A stretch of DNA of 32,000 nucleotides from an uncultured Nitrososphaerota archaeon (GTDB taxonomy: Archaea; Korarchaeota; Korarchaeia; Korarchaeales; Korarchaeaceae), in the NCBI GenBank assembly GCA_964480775.1, contig CAYZRF010000002.1, positions 90,001-122,000 on the forward strand. The letters run 5' to 3'. The position numbers and the translations under genes were made by a program. The notes under the pieces were generated by a model. That model worked only from the letters and a program-made list of their open reading frames with translations. It was not told where the DNA came from and did not search any database. Of the stretch, positions 8,491 to 16,753 are shown piece after piece; the first letter of the stretch is position 1; each line of letters starts with the position of its first letter.

Positions 8491-8793
8491 CTAAGACAAA
8501 AGTTCTAGGATAAGAAGAAGGAGGGCCCCTGCAGTTATTAATTTCCTTCCTTTGTATGAGAAAAGATCACTTGCCCACAAAACAAGCCCTACAACTAATA
8601 TAGTTCCTCCTAAAATTTTTCCAAGTCCCATAACTGCTCCTTTAATTGTAAGAAGGAGTTGTTCAAGCTCTTCGATAAATCCTTCAATAACGGGGCCAAG
8701 ATCTACTAAAGGCTTCGCGCGTACCTCCCTTAATGGCAAGAAAGCTCCGAATAAGACAGCTAAGAGTGATAAGACTAAGGACTTTATCTTCAT
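8491..8793 (-). CDS. Small secreted/membrane protein (signal peptide plus two-helix hairpin), function unknown
   Basis: 100 aa. N-terminal signal-like segment MKIKSLVLSLLAVLFGAFLPLREVRA, then two hydrophobic helices (AVMGLGKILGGTILVVGLVLWA and LITAGALLLLILELL) joined by the basic loop SYKGRK. Confidence 0.5.
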   Translation of the reverse strand: MKIKSLVLSLLAVLFGAFLPLREVRAKPLVDLGPVIEGFIEELEQLLLTIKGAVMGLGKILGGTILVVGLVLWASDLFSYKGRKLITAGALLLLILELLS

Positions 8794-8841
8794 AAGTCCT
8801 CTACTATTCCAAGTAGCAAAATAGGAGTATTTACTCGGTCC

Positions 8842-9564
8842 TCATATAAATTCTGAAAGCCGTCCTTTCGTGCCTTTTCTTCTCAGTATAATCTTTCTTA
8901 AGGCAGACTCAAAGGTCTCTCCTGGCTGAAGTCTGTATTTTAAGTAGACGCCTGTTTTACCCTTTTCTCTTCGCTTTGTAAGAACTCTAACTCTTTCATC
9001 AACTACTTCCTTTGGGATACCGAGTATACTTGCGACAATACTTTCTTTTCCTATCACGGATGCCTCATAGTGACCTTTTTCAAAAGGGATGATTAAAGCA
9101 AGTTTTTTGTTGACTCCAGGAACCCTCTCCTTCTTTTTAAGATCATTAAGGTTTATGCTGCCCCCAAACCTATAGAAAAGCTCTTCTCTTTCTTTTAATG
9201 GGGATAGTGGAAATGAGATCGTAAGGTCTCCTTCATAATGAAAATAGCCCTTAATAGCACCTATTGGTGTGGACTGTACTATTTCTTTATACAAAGGATC
9301 ACCCAACTTCTCTCCCAAAAGGTCTTCGATGAGAGAAGGTAGTGTTGGGTTTAACACAACTATATCAATATCACTCCCTTTTCTAACATCTCCTCGGGCA
9401 ATGCTCCCATATAGTATTCCTTTAATGCCGGCTCGAAGTAAGATTTCCAGAACAAAAATTGCCCTCTTTCTAAGTTTCTTTAGCAGAGACCAGCGATCTT
9501 TGTCGTATATTATGACTTTTTCTGGTGTTATCAATGAATGCATTTTATGTACGAGACGTACCAA
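8842..9564 (-). CDS. Pol-beta superfamily nucleotidyltransferase domain protein with an uncharacterised C-terminal domain
   Basis: Contains the NTase signature YGSIARGDVRKGSDIDIVVL (hG[GS]x9-13Dh[DE]h). The track start is TTG 9564. ATG at 9543 (MHSLITPEK...) is an alternative start. Confidence 0.6.
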   Translation of the reverse strand: MVRLVHKMHSLITPEKVIIYDKDRWSLLKKLRKRAIFVLEILLRAGIKGILYGSIARGDVRKGSDIDIVVLNPTLPSLIEDLLGEKLGDPLYKEIVQSTPIGAIKGYFHYEGDLTISFPLSPLKEREELFYRFGGSINLNDLKKKERVPGVNKKLALIIPFEKGHYEASVIGKESIVASILGIPKEVVDERVRVLTKRREKGKTGVYLKYRLQPGETFESALRKIILRRKGTKGRLSEFI

Positions 9565-9606
9565 TCAATTTAATTTTCCCATTAAGGTTGCTTCTTAGAG
9601 AAACTC

Positions 9607-10326
9607 ATGATATGCAGTATTTGCAAGGAAAAAGAGGCCATAATCTTTAGGAAATACTCAGGAGAATACTTATGCCTCCAATGTCTAAAGAGATCGCTTG
9701 AAAAAAGACTCAGACAAACCGTCGGAAAGTATTCTCTTCTTAAGGAAGAAGATAAAATATTGTTAGTTCTTCCAGGATTTGAGACAGAAAAACCGTCTGT
9801 GGAACTCTTTTTAGACATGGAAAGGAACTTTCCTGGGGTTTCAATTTCCTGTTTAGCTCTTAGCAAGAGTTCTATAGAAATTGCTAGAGGCCTTGGGCTT
9901 CAATTAGAACAAGAAAGGATCTTAACATCCTTAACCAGATGGGATTTAATTGTAGATGCTTCAAAATATGCGATTCAACTATCAAGAAATAGAGATTTTA
10001 CGAAGATCGTAATCCCTCTTTTGCTTGACGATGTGGTGGGTCTATTCTTGCTTGGAGCATTGAGAGGCTACCCTCCTGCATTAGTAGTAAACGGGAGAAT
10101 TTTACTTGGAGATCAAATCCCAGAACCTCCTGTTATAACCCCCTTTTTCCGAGTACCATCAGAAGAGATTATGCTACTGATAGGAAAAAACTGGAAACCG
10201 AGAGACACTCTTCTTAAAAAGATAAGAGAAATAGAGCTTGAATTTCCAGGATCAAGATTCAACATATTGAATTCCTATCTCAACCTCTTCTTGGGAAGAA
10301 AAAGATCCAGAAAGCCGACAGGATGA
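9607..10326 (+). CDS. TtuA/NcsA-like (tRNA 2-thiolation PP-loop ATPase family) homolog with degenerate catalytic motifs
   Basis: N-terminal CxxC...CxxC zinc ribbon (CSIC...CLQC) followed by L.K.L...V.KY.LL...D.ILV, as in TtuA/NcsA. The PP-loop position reads LPGFETE instead of SGGKDS. A LLLDDVVGLFLL block sits where these enzymes have GH.LDD. Confidence 0.55.
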   Translation: MICSICKEKEAIIFRKYSGEYLCLQCLKRSLEKRLRQTVGKYSLLKEEDKILLVLPGFETEKPSVELFLDMERNFPGVSISCLALSKSSIEIARGLGLQLEQERILTSLTRWDLIVDASKYAIQLSRNRDFTKIVIPLLLDDVVGLFLLGALRGYPPALVVNGRILLGDQIPEPPVITPFFRVPSEEIMLLIGKNWKPRDTLLKKIREIELEFPGSRFNILNSYLNLFLGRKRSRKPTG

Positions 10327-10478
10327 TGGAGGGAAAAAGCGCGTTTCTCATTTCAAATACGATTAGAAATCATACATGAAATTCACACAGAGAGACCGCA
10401 AGAAGTCCCAATTACTAATCAAATTCAATTATTTTGATTTATAGAGATTATAAGAATTCTTACGTTATAGTAGCATTC

Positions 10479-10486
10479 TTTTTATA
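10479..10486 (+). promoter_or_regulatory. Candidate TATA box for rps26e
   Basis: TTTTTATA ends 26 nt upstream of ATG 10513, which implies a leaderless or near-leaderless mRNA. Confidence 0.45.
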
Positions 10487-10512
10487 GATCCTCTCTTCAA
10501 TGAGTTATTGAA

Positions 10513-10845
10513 ATGCCAAAGAAGAGAAGAAACAGAGGGCGAAGGCTTAGTGGCGCAGGACATGAGGGTCTAGTTCAGTGTTCACTATGCGGAGCGTCCA
10601 TACCAGCAGACAAAGCAATTAAAGAAACAAGATGGGTATCTCCTATAAGAGGTCAAATTTCTTCAGAACTGGAAAAACAGGGAACCTATGTATCTAAGAA
10701 ACCTGTAACAAGGTATTATTGTGTGAGTTGTGCAATACACAGAGGTATTGTGAGACCTAGAGCAGAAGAAGATAGAAAGCTATCGCGCCTGCCAAAAACC
10801 CAAAAAGGGATCCCTCTGAAGTTCTTAAAGAAACAAATAGTTTAA
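10513..10845 (+). CDS. rps26e: 30S ribosomal protein S26e
   Basis: MPKKRRNRGRR...GH...VQC..CG..IP.DKAIK ... YYCVSCAIHRGIVRPR matches the conserved S26e pattern (KKRRN.GR, C..C, YCVSCAIH). Confidence 0.9.
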   Translation: MPKKRRNRGRRLSGAGHEGLVQCSLCGASIPADKAIKETRWVSPIRGQISSELEKQGTYVSKKPVTRYYCVSCAIHRGIVRPRAEEDRKLSRLPKTQKGIPLKFLKKQIV

Positions 10846-10852
10846 GAGCAAA

Positions 10853-10861
10853 TTTTTATTT
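10853..10861 (+). terminator. Oligo-T stretch downstream of rps26e (possible archaeal terminator)
   Basis: TTTTTATTT begins 8 nt after the stop codon. Archaeal RNA polymerase terminates at oligo-T runs. Confidence 0.35.
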
Positions 10862-10995
10862 CAAATAAGTTAAAATAATTGCTTATATTGCTGCTTAAAT
10901 GTCGCTTAGTTAAGTTCTATATTAATTATGAGTCATAGTTAGGATAATAATTAATACATGACTATTAACTTAGAGAAATTTCTTTTTCTTCTCGG

Positions 10996-12234
10996 TTACG
11001 AGGTTTTAGAGAGTATAAATCTTCTTATCCTGTCCATCCCTTCCATTAAGAGTTCTTGATCCTCAACAACTGGAGCAAATGAGAGACGTACCCATCCTTC
11101 CATACCAAAATCGATTCCGGGGGCTAAGGCGACTTGCCACTCATCTAACAGTTGAGAAACAAATTTCTTTGAACTTCTCATGATTTTTCTAATGTCAAAA
11201 AATACATAGAAACCTCCTGCCGGACGAAGGTACTGAATGTGAGGTATTTTGCTTAGTTCATCGCACACTAGTGAGGCTACTTTCTGATACTTCTTCGGAG
11301 TCTTTTTTATCAGGAAATCTTGCAACTCTTCGATGATGCCTTCTTTACCTATCATTCTAACAAAAGCCAACTGCTGGGGGTGAGCAGGACAAAGCGTAAT
11401 AGCCTGTTGAATGGTTTCAATAGCCCTCAAAAGCGAGGGGTCTGCCACCAGATAGCCCATTCTCCATCCAGGAACTCTTAGTTCTTTGGAAAGCGTGACA
11501 ACCCAAATTTCATTCTCTCTTCGAGGTCTAGACAAATAAGAAGGAATTTTACCCTCAAAGTGAAATGCCCTATATGCAACATCAATCGCTACTAGCACGC
11601 CCTTCTCTGAGGCAATATCTACTATGCCCTCCAGCATTTTATCATCAAAGACTTGACCATCTGGGTTTCCAGGAGTCACTAACAAGATAAGTTTTGTTTT
11701 ATTTGTGATTAAGTCCTTTAGCTCTTCTAAACTAGGTCTAAATTTTCCATTTTTTATCGTTTGCCATTTCTTTATGTTGACGCCAAGTCTACATATGATT
11801 TCTATTTGTCTTGTATAATTAAGATAACAAGGATTTGTCAAAATAACTTCATCTCCTGGATCTAATATTGAGAAGAAGAGACCAGCAGCCAAATCTGTGG
11901 ATCCAAGCCCACTAAGAAGCTCTGCCTCTTCAACGTTTCTACCAAATATTTCCTTTTCATATACGATTAATGCCTCTAGATAATCAGGATCACCTCGTGT
12001 TGGCGGATACCTTGCTGCAAGTAAGAAAGCCCTTTGGTCTTCCATAACTTCGATGAGTGCCCTTCTAAGAGATTCCGGAGGAGAATCTTGGGGCCAACCG
12101 CCTCCAAAATAAATTAAACGTCTTGGATACTTCTCTGGATGCTTTCTAAAATCAGCAACTACATTCATAATTTCTCTAATCGAGCTTGGATTCTCTAATG
12201 AATATTTAGCAACTTGAGAAATAAGAGACTTCAT
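10996..12234 (-). CDS. PLP-dependent aminotransferase, class I/II
   Basis: 412 aa. TPGNPDG (the family N-P-x-G block) and the PLP-lysine block TLSKELRVPGWRMGY. A GGTGA Shine-Dalgarno motif lies at 12242-12238, 3 nt before the ATG. Confidence 0.8.
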   Translation of the reverse strand: MKSLISQVAKYSLENPSSIREIMNVVADFRKHPEKYPRRLIYFGGGWPQDSPPESLRRALIEVMEDQRAFLLAARYPPTRGDPDYLEALIVYEKEIFGRNVEEAELLSGLGSTDLAAGLFFSILDPGDEVILTNPCYLNYTRQIEIICRLGVNIKKWQTIKNGKFRPSLEELKDLITNKTKLILLVTPGNPDGQVFDDKMLEGIVDIASEKGVLVAIDVAYRAFHFEGKIPSYLSRPRRENEIWVVTLSKELRVPGWRMGYLVADPSLLRAIETIQQAITLCPAHPQQLAFVRMIGKEGIIEELQDFLIKKTPKKYQKVASLVCDELSKIPHIQYLRPAGGFYVFFDIRKIMRSSKKFVSQLLDEWQVALAPGIDFGMEGWVRLSFAPVVEDQELLMEGMDRIRRFILSKTS

Positions 12235-12265
12235 GTCTCACCAGAAACTTCAGGCTTTCTGAACG

Positions 12266-12286
12266 TTAAAAGAATTTCCAACAAAA
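12266..12286 (-). terminator. T-rich tract immediately 3' of the 5S rRNA (possible terminator)
   Basis: The minus strand reads TTTTGTTGGAAATTCTTTT directly after the 5S 3' end. Confidence 0.3.
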
Positions 12287-12417
12287 GGGGGGTTAGCAGC
12301 TTCCGTGTTTCCCGAGCCCTTGCGGAGCTCAGTACTCCACGGAACGCGGCCTGGCTTAACTTCCGGGTTCGGAATGGGTCCGGGTGTGTCCCAGGCCGCT
12401 ATGGCCGCCCAACCCCC
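12287..12417 (-). rRNA. rrf: 5S ribosomal RNA (stand-alone)
   Basis: The minus strand reads GGGGGTTGGGCGGCCATAGCGGCCTGGGACACACCCGGACCCATTCCGAACCCGGAAGTTAAGCCAGGCCGCGTTCCG...GCTGCTAACCCCCC. It contains the universal 5S core CCCGGA.CCAT.CCGAACCCGGAAGTTAAGC and a terminal helix GGGGGTT/AACCCCC. End coordinates are accurate to +/- 2 nt. Confidence 0.9.
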
Positions 12418-12440
12418 TTAACATCGTGTAAATGTAGGTC

Positions 12441-12449
12441 TATTTAAAA
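12441..12449 (-). promoter_or_regulatory. TATA box (TTTTAAATA on the minus strand) for the 5S rRNA
   Basis: A consensus archaeal TATA element separated by 23 nt from the first G of the 5S rRNA. Confidence 0.55.
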
Positions 12450-12528
12450 GTTTAATTCAGGATAAAATGCCTTAACCGTGGATCTTAAATATGATCCCAA
12501 AGTGTGCTTAGCTGAGTTGGTGAACTAA

Positions 12529-15492
12529 ATGGCTAGAGTACGGCTTCTCGCAAATAGACAATATGATCCGATTACGTTTGAGGAGGAGATATTGAAATTT
12601 TGGTCTGAGAAGAATATCTACGAGAATATAAGGCAAATGAGAATGGAAGGCCCAAAGTTTTACTTCTTAGACGGCCCTCCATATCCTTCAAGCGAGGAGC
12701 CACATCCTGGGACTGCTTGGAACAAAATACTCAAGGACGTAATAATAAGATATTTCAGATCTGTTGGGATGAACGTAAATGACAGGCCAGGGTGGGATAC
12801 TCATGGACTTCCAATTGAGGTTCTAACCGAAAAAAGCCTTGGAATAGGAAGAAAAAACGAAATCAAGGAATATGGGGTGTCTTTTTTCATTTCCAAATGT
12901 AAAGAGTTGGCTATCCACAACCTCAATGCCATGACCGAGACATTCAAACAGCTAGGAGTTTCAATGGACTGGAATAATCCCTATCTAACGTTCAAAAACG
13001 ACTACATAGAGAGCATATGGTGGTCTGTAAAGAAGATCTGGGAAAAAGGAAGGATAAGGCTAGGTCTGAAAGTTGTACATTGGTGTCCCAGGTGTGAAAC
13101 AGTTTTAGCGGACTATGAGCTCAACGAGTACAAAGAACTGGCAGACCCATCCATCTATGTAAAGTTCAAAGTAATAGGAGAGGAGAATCTAAACATCCTG
13201 ATATGGACCACAACCCCCTGGACTCTTCCTGGCAACATCGCTGTGATGGTAAATCCAGAATTTCAATACGCCAAAGTTAGAGTTGGAAGTGAATATTTGA
13301 TCTTGGCAGCTGAATTAGTAGATAAGGTCTTCGAGGAAATTGGGATAGAAGATTATGAAGTAGTTGAGACTTTTCCCGGGTTCAAACTTGAGGGACTGAA
13401 GTATGAGCATCCTCTGGTTGAGTTGGTCCCTGTCCAGAAGGAGATAGAGCATAAAGTAGTTCTCTCCACAAAATATGTCACCCTTGAGGAAGGAACAGGA
13501 TGTGTACACGCTGCTCCGGGCCACGGCGAGGAAGACTTTGAGGTATGTCATGTAGAATATAAAATGCCTGTTTTATCCCCGGTAAACGATCAAGGCGTGT
13601 TTACTGATGAGGCTGGTAAGTACAAAGGATTGGAAGTTAGAAAAGCCAACGATACCATAATTTCTGACCTGAGAGAAAATGGTAGGCTTCTGTGGTCTGG
13701 GAAAATCGTGCACAAGTATCCAATATGCTGGCGATGTAAAACCCCTCTGATCATGAGGGCAACGGATCAGTGGTTCATAAGGTTAGAAGACCTAAGATCG
13801 AAGCTGGTAGACGAGTGCCTAAAAGCCAAATGGCTTCCATCATGGGCTGGAGAGAGGAGATTTAAGAACTGGCTTATGGAGGCTAGAGACTGGATCATAT
13901 CTAGACAACGCTTCTGGGGGACCCCCATACCTATCTGGAGATGTAACTCTTGCATGAAAATCGAAGTGATTGGCTCCAAAGAAGAGTTAGAGGAAAAAAC
14001 AGGCAAAAAAGTCGATGATCTTCATAAACATGTCGTGGATGCCTTAACTTGGAAGTGCGAATGTGGAGGAGAAATGAAACGAGTACCAGATATATTGGAT
14101 GTCTGGTATGATTCAGGCGCGGCTTTTTACGCTAGTTTAAGCTTTCCAAAGAATGAGGAAATGTTTAGAAAATGGATGCCAGTTAATTTCGTTGTAGAAG
14201 GCTTGGATCAGGTTCCAAATGGATGGTTCTATTCTCTTTTAAGACTAGGTGTGCTACTGTTCGGTTCAGTTCCATATGAGAGAGTTATGGTTCATGGAAT
14301 GATGCTCGATGAGCAAGGTCGAGAGATGCACAAATCTTTAGGAAACTTTGTACCAGTAATGCAAATAGTCTCAAAATATGGGAGGGATGCCTTTAGAGCC
14401 TTTGTCGCTTCTAAAACTCCATGGTCTGACATAAGATTTTCTTGGAGGGAACTGGAGAACTCTTTTAGGAAGTTGAACATAATCTGGAATGTTTATGCTT
14501 TCCTAGGATTGTATTGTTCTCAATATGATCTAGACGAATCCTTAATCTTGAAAAACCCAGACATACTGGATCCCGAGGACCGATGGCTCCTATCAAGAAC
14601 TGAAAGAGTGATAGAGCAAGTAAAGAGTAGGATGGACGAACTACACCCACATGAGGCCTTTAATCTGCTGTTGGATTTCGTAATAAACGATCTAAGCAGG
14701 TTATACATAAGAATAGCCAGAGAAAAACTAAGATCTACGGAAGAAAAGAGAAAAATAGTGAGTTCTCTTCTGTTTATAGTCTTAAAAAAGACATTAGTGA
14801 TGCTGGCACCTTTCCTTCCATTCTTAACTGAAAAAATCTATCAAGAATCCTTTAGACAAGACTCTGATCCAGAGAGCATTCATATGATGGATTGGCCCAA
14901 ACCAAGACTTGACTTAGTGGACAACGAGATTGAGGAAGAAATGGAAGCTGCAAAAGCATTGCTTGAAGCAATAAATACTGCCAGAGCCTCTGCGAAAATA
15001 AAAAAGAGACAACCGCTTAAGAGAGCTCTTGTGGCTACGGAGGATCCAGTACTAGAAGAAGCACTTGCTAAGTTCTCTCTGCTGTTTAAGATAGAGGGCA
15101 ACATTTACGAGGTTAAAGCAATATCTAAGGATAAAAGACCAGAGGGTGAATTCTCAGTGGTTGAGTTCGATAGAGGAACTCTTTACTTAGACATAGAGAT
15201 GACGCCAGAAGTAATTGCGGCTGGGTTGGTAGCAGACCTAAGACGCAGAATTCAAGAAATGAGAAAGGAATTGGGATTAAGAAGAGGAATAGAGAAGATA
15301 GATTGCTGGATTCTAATGGACAGCAAAACAAGGGAGATGCTTGAATCTCTTATCTCTTCGATCATCAAAGATATAGATGCCAGAGAACTAAGACTAGTAG
15401 AAAAACTAGAAGAAGTCCCACAAGGTTGCTTCATGAAGGAATGGGATCTAAATGGAAGGAGGATCTCGATATGGATTCAGAAGGTACTATAA
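12529..15492 (+). CDS. ileS: Isoleucyl-tRNA synthetase
   Basis: 987 aa. Archaeal-type HIGH region PPYPSSEEPHPGTAWNKILKD, Zn-binding CPRC/CWRC motifs, a CP1 editing domain, and a KMSKS-position loop reading EMHKS. Confidence 0.95.
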   Translation: MARVRLLANRQYDPITFEEEILKFWSEKNIYENIRQMRMEGPKFYFLDGPPYPSSEEPHPGTAWNKILKDVIIRYFRSVGMNVNDRPGWDTHGLPIEVLTEKSLGIGRKNEIKEYGVSFFISKCKELAIHNLNAMTETFKQLGVSMDWNNPYLTFKNDYIESIWWSVKKIWEKGRIRLGLKVVHWCPRCETVLADYELNEYKELADPSIYVKFKVIGEENLNILIWTTTPWTLPGNIAVMVNPEFQYAKVRVGSEYLILAAELVDKVFEEIGIEDYEVVETFPGFKLEGLKYEHPLVELVPVQKEIEHKVVLSTKYVTLEEGTGCVHAAPGHGEEDFEVCHVEYKMPVLSPVNDQGVFTDEAGKYKGLEVRKANDTIISDLRENGRLLWSGKIVHKYPICWRCKTPLIMRATDQWFIRLEDLRSKLVDECLKAKWLPSWAGERRFKNWLMEARDWIISRQRFWGTPIPIWRCNSCMKIEVIGSKEELEEKTGKKVDDLHKHVVDALTWKCECGGEMKRVPDILDVWYDSGAAFYASLSFPKNEEMFRKWMPVNFVVEGLDQVPNGWFYSLLRLGVLLFGSVPYERVMVHGMMLDEQGREMHKSLGNFVPVMQIVSKYGRDAFRAFVASKTPWSDIRFSWRELENSFRKLNIIWNVYAFLGLYCSQYDLDESLILKNPDILDPEDRWLLSRTERVIEQVKSRMDELHPHEAFNLLLDFVINDLSRLYIRIAREKLRSTEEKRKIVSSLLFIVLKKTLVMLAPFLPFLTEKIYQESFRQDSDPESIHMMDWPKPRLDLVDNEIEEEMEAAKALLEAINTARASAKIKKRQPLKRALVATEDPVLEEALAKFSLLFKIEGNIYEVKAISKDKRPEGEFSVVEFDRGTLYLDIEMTPEVIAAGLVADLRRRIQEMRKELGLRRGIEKIDCWILMDSKTREMLESLISSIIKDIDARELRLVEKLEEVPQGCFMKEWDLNGRRISIWIQKVL

Positions 15493-16751
15493 GAGTAGGA
15501 GGTTGGGTAAGCGAGGTAAGGGAGTTAGGAAAAGACCTTCGATTCATCGTGTTGAGAAGTTGGAAGGGAAAGATCCAACTAACCTTGAAGAGAGGGAAAG
15601 TTGATGATGAACTCTTTGATCTAACGGAAAATCTCTCTCAAGAAAGCGTTATAGAGGCTATAGGAAGAGAAGTCAAGGAAAAAATAGCTAAAGCAGCAGA
15701 TGTTGAGATCATACCGGAGAAAATAATTATTCACTCCAAATCAGAGAAAAAACTCCCTCTAGATCCTAACTGGAAGGTAAAAGCTTTACTTCCTACTAGA
15801 CTAGATAACAGACCATTAGATCTAAGGCGTCCAGAAGTTCAGGCGATATTCAAGATTCAAGCTAGCTTGATCAGGGGTTTTACTGATTGGCTAGACGAGC
15901 ACGGTTTCCTGAGAGTGTTTACCCCCGCACTTATAGGTTCATATAGCGAGAGCGGCGCAGAGGTCTTTGAAGTAAAATATTTCGACAATACTGCGTTTTT
16001 AAGACAAGATCCCCAACTACACAGACAGCTTGCCATAATAGGTGGTCTAGAGAGAATTTATGATCTAGGAACAAATTGGAGAGCCGAACCAAGTCATACT
16101 ACTAGACACATAACCGAGTTTAGATCTTTAGCTGTAGAGATGGCATTCATAAATGACGAAAGAGACGTAATGAAAGTTGAGGAAGAAGTTGTCGCAGCGG
16201 GGATCTCCAGAGTAATTGAAGAGAGGCAAAAAGAACTAAAAATACTAAATGTTGAACTTAAAGAACCTGCAAGACCTTTCCCTGAGCTTAAATTCCCTGA
16301 GATATACGAGATTTTGGAAGGATTCGGAAAAAAGATACCTTTTGGATCCTCTTACGATACAGAATCAGAGAGACTCCTGTGGGAGTACGTTAAGGAAGAG
16401 TATGATAGTGATTTCTTCTTTGTAAATAGATTTCCAATGGCAGAAAAGCCATTTTATGTAATGAGAGCAGAAGCACCATGGGCTAGAAGTGTTGATTTGA
16501 TATGCAAAGGTCTGGAGCTGAGTTCTGGAGGGCAAAGAGAGCATAGATACGAAGTTCTTATGGAGCAAATAAGAGAGAAGGGGATCGATGAAAAACAGCT
16601 TGAATGGTACTCAAAGTTCTTCAAATACGGGGCACCTCCTCATGGAGGATTTGCCATAGGAATTGAAAGGCTTACAATGCAGATCCTGAACTTAGAGAAC
16701 ATTAGAGAAGCCTCGCTATTCCCAAGGGATCCAGAAAGAGTATTACCTTGA
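15471..16751 (+). CDS. aspS: Aspartyl-tRNA synthetase (archaeal/eukaryotic type)
   Basis: Class II motifs: WRAEPSHTTRHITEF (motif 2 region) and PPHGGFAIGIERL (motif 3), plus an N-terminal OB-fold anticodon-binding domain. The track ORF begins at TTG 15426. I prefer ATG 15471 because GGAGG (15458-15462) lies 8 nt upstream. Either start overlaps the ileS 3' end. Confidence 0.9.
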   Translation: MDSEGTIRVGGWVSEVRELGKDLRFIVLRSWKGKIQLTLKRGKVDDELFDLTENLSQESVIEAIGREVKEKIAKAADVEIIPEKIIIHSKSEKKLPLDPNWKVKALLPTRLDNRPLDLRRPEVQAIFKIQASLIRGFTDWLDEHGFLRVFTPALIGSYSESGAEVFEVKYFDNTAFLRQDPQLHRQLAIIGGLERIYDLGTNWRAEPSHTTRHITEFRSLAVEMAFINDERDVMKVEEEVVAAGISRVIEERQKELKILNVELKEPARPFPELKFPEIYEILEGFGKKIPFGSSYDTESERLLWEYVKEEYDSDFFFVNRFPMAEKPFYVMRAEAPWARSVDLICKGLELSSGGQREHRYEVLMEQIREKGIDEKQLEWYSKFFKYGAPPHGGFAIGIERLTMQILNLENIREASLFPRDPERVLP

Positions 16752-16753
16752 AT

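Noticed and set aside
10846-10995. 150-bp very AT-rich spacer with small palindromes (ATGAGTCAT, TTAATTAT...ATAATTAA) between convergent genes; considered as an origin-like or repeat element
   Set aside because: There are no repeated ORB-like boxes and no adjacent cdc6/orc1. The content is consistent with bidirectional oligo-T termination between two convergent genes.
12214-12447. 77-aa plus-strand ORF in the track
   Set aside because: It lies entirely over the minus-strand 5S rRNA gene and its promoter. The open frame comes from GC-rich rRNA sequence and is not a gene.
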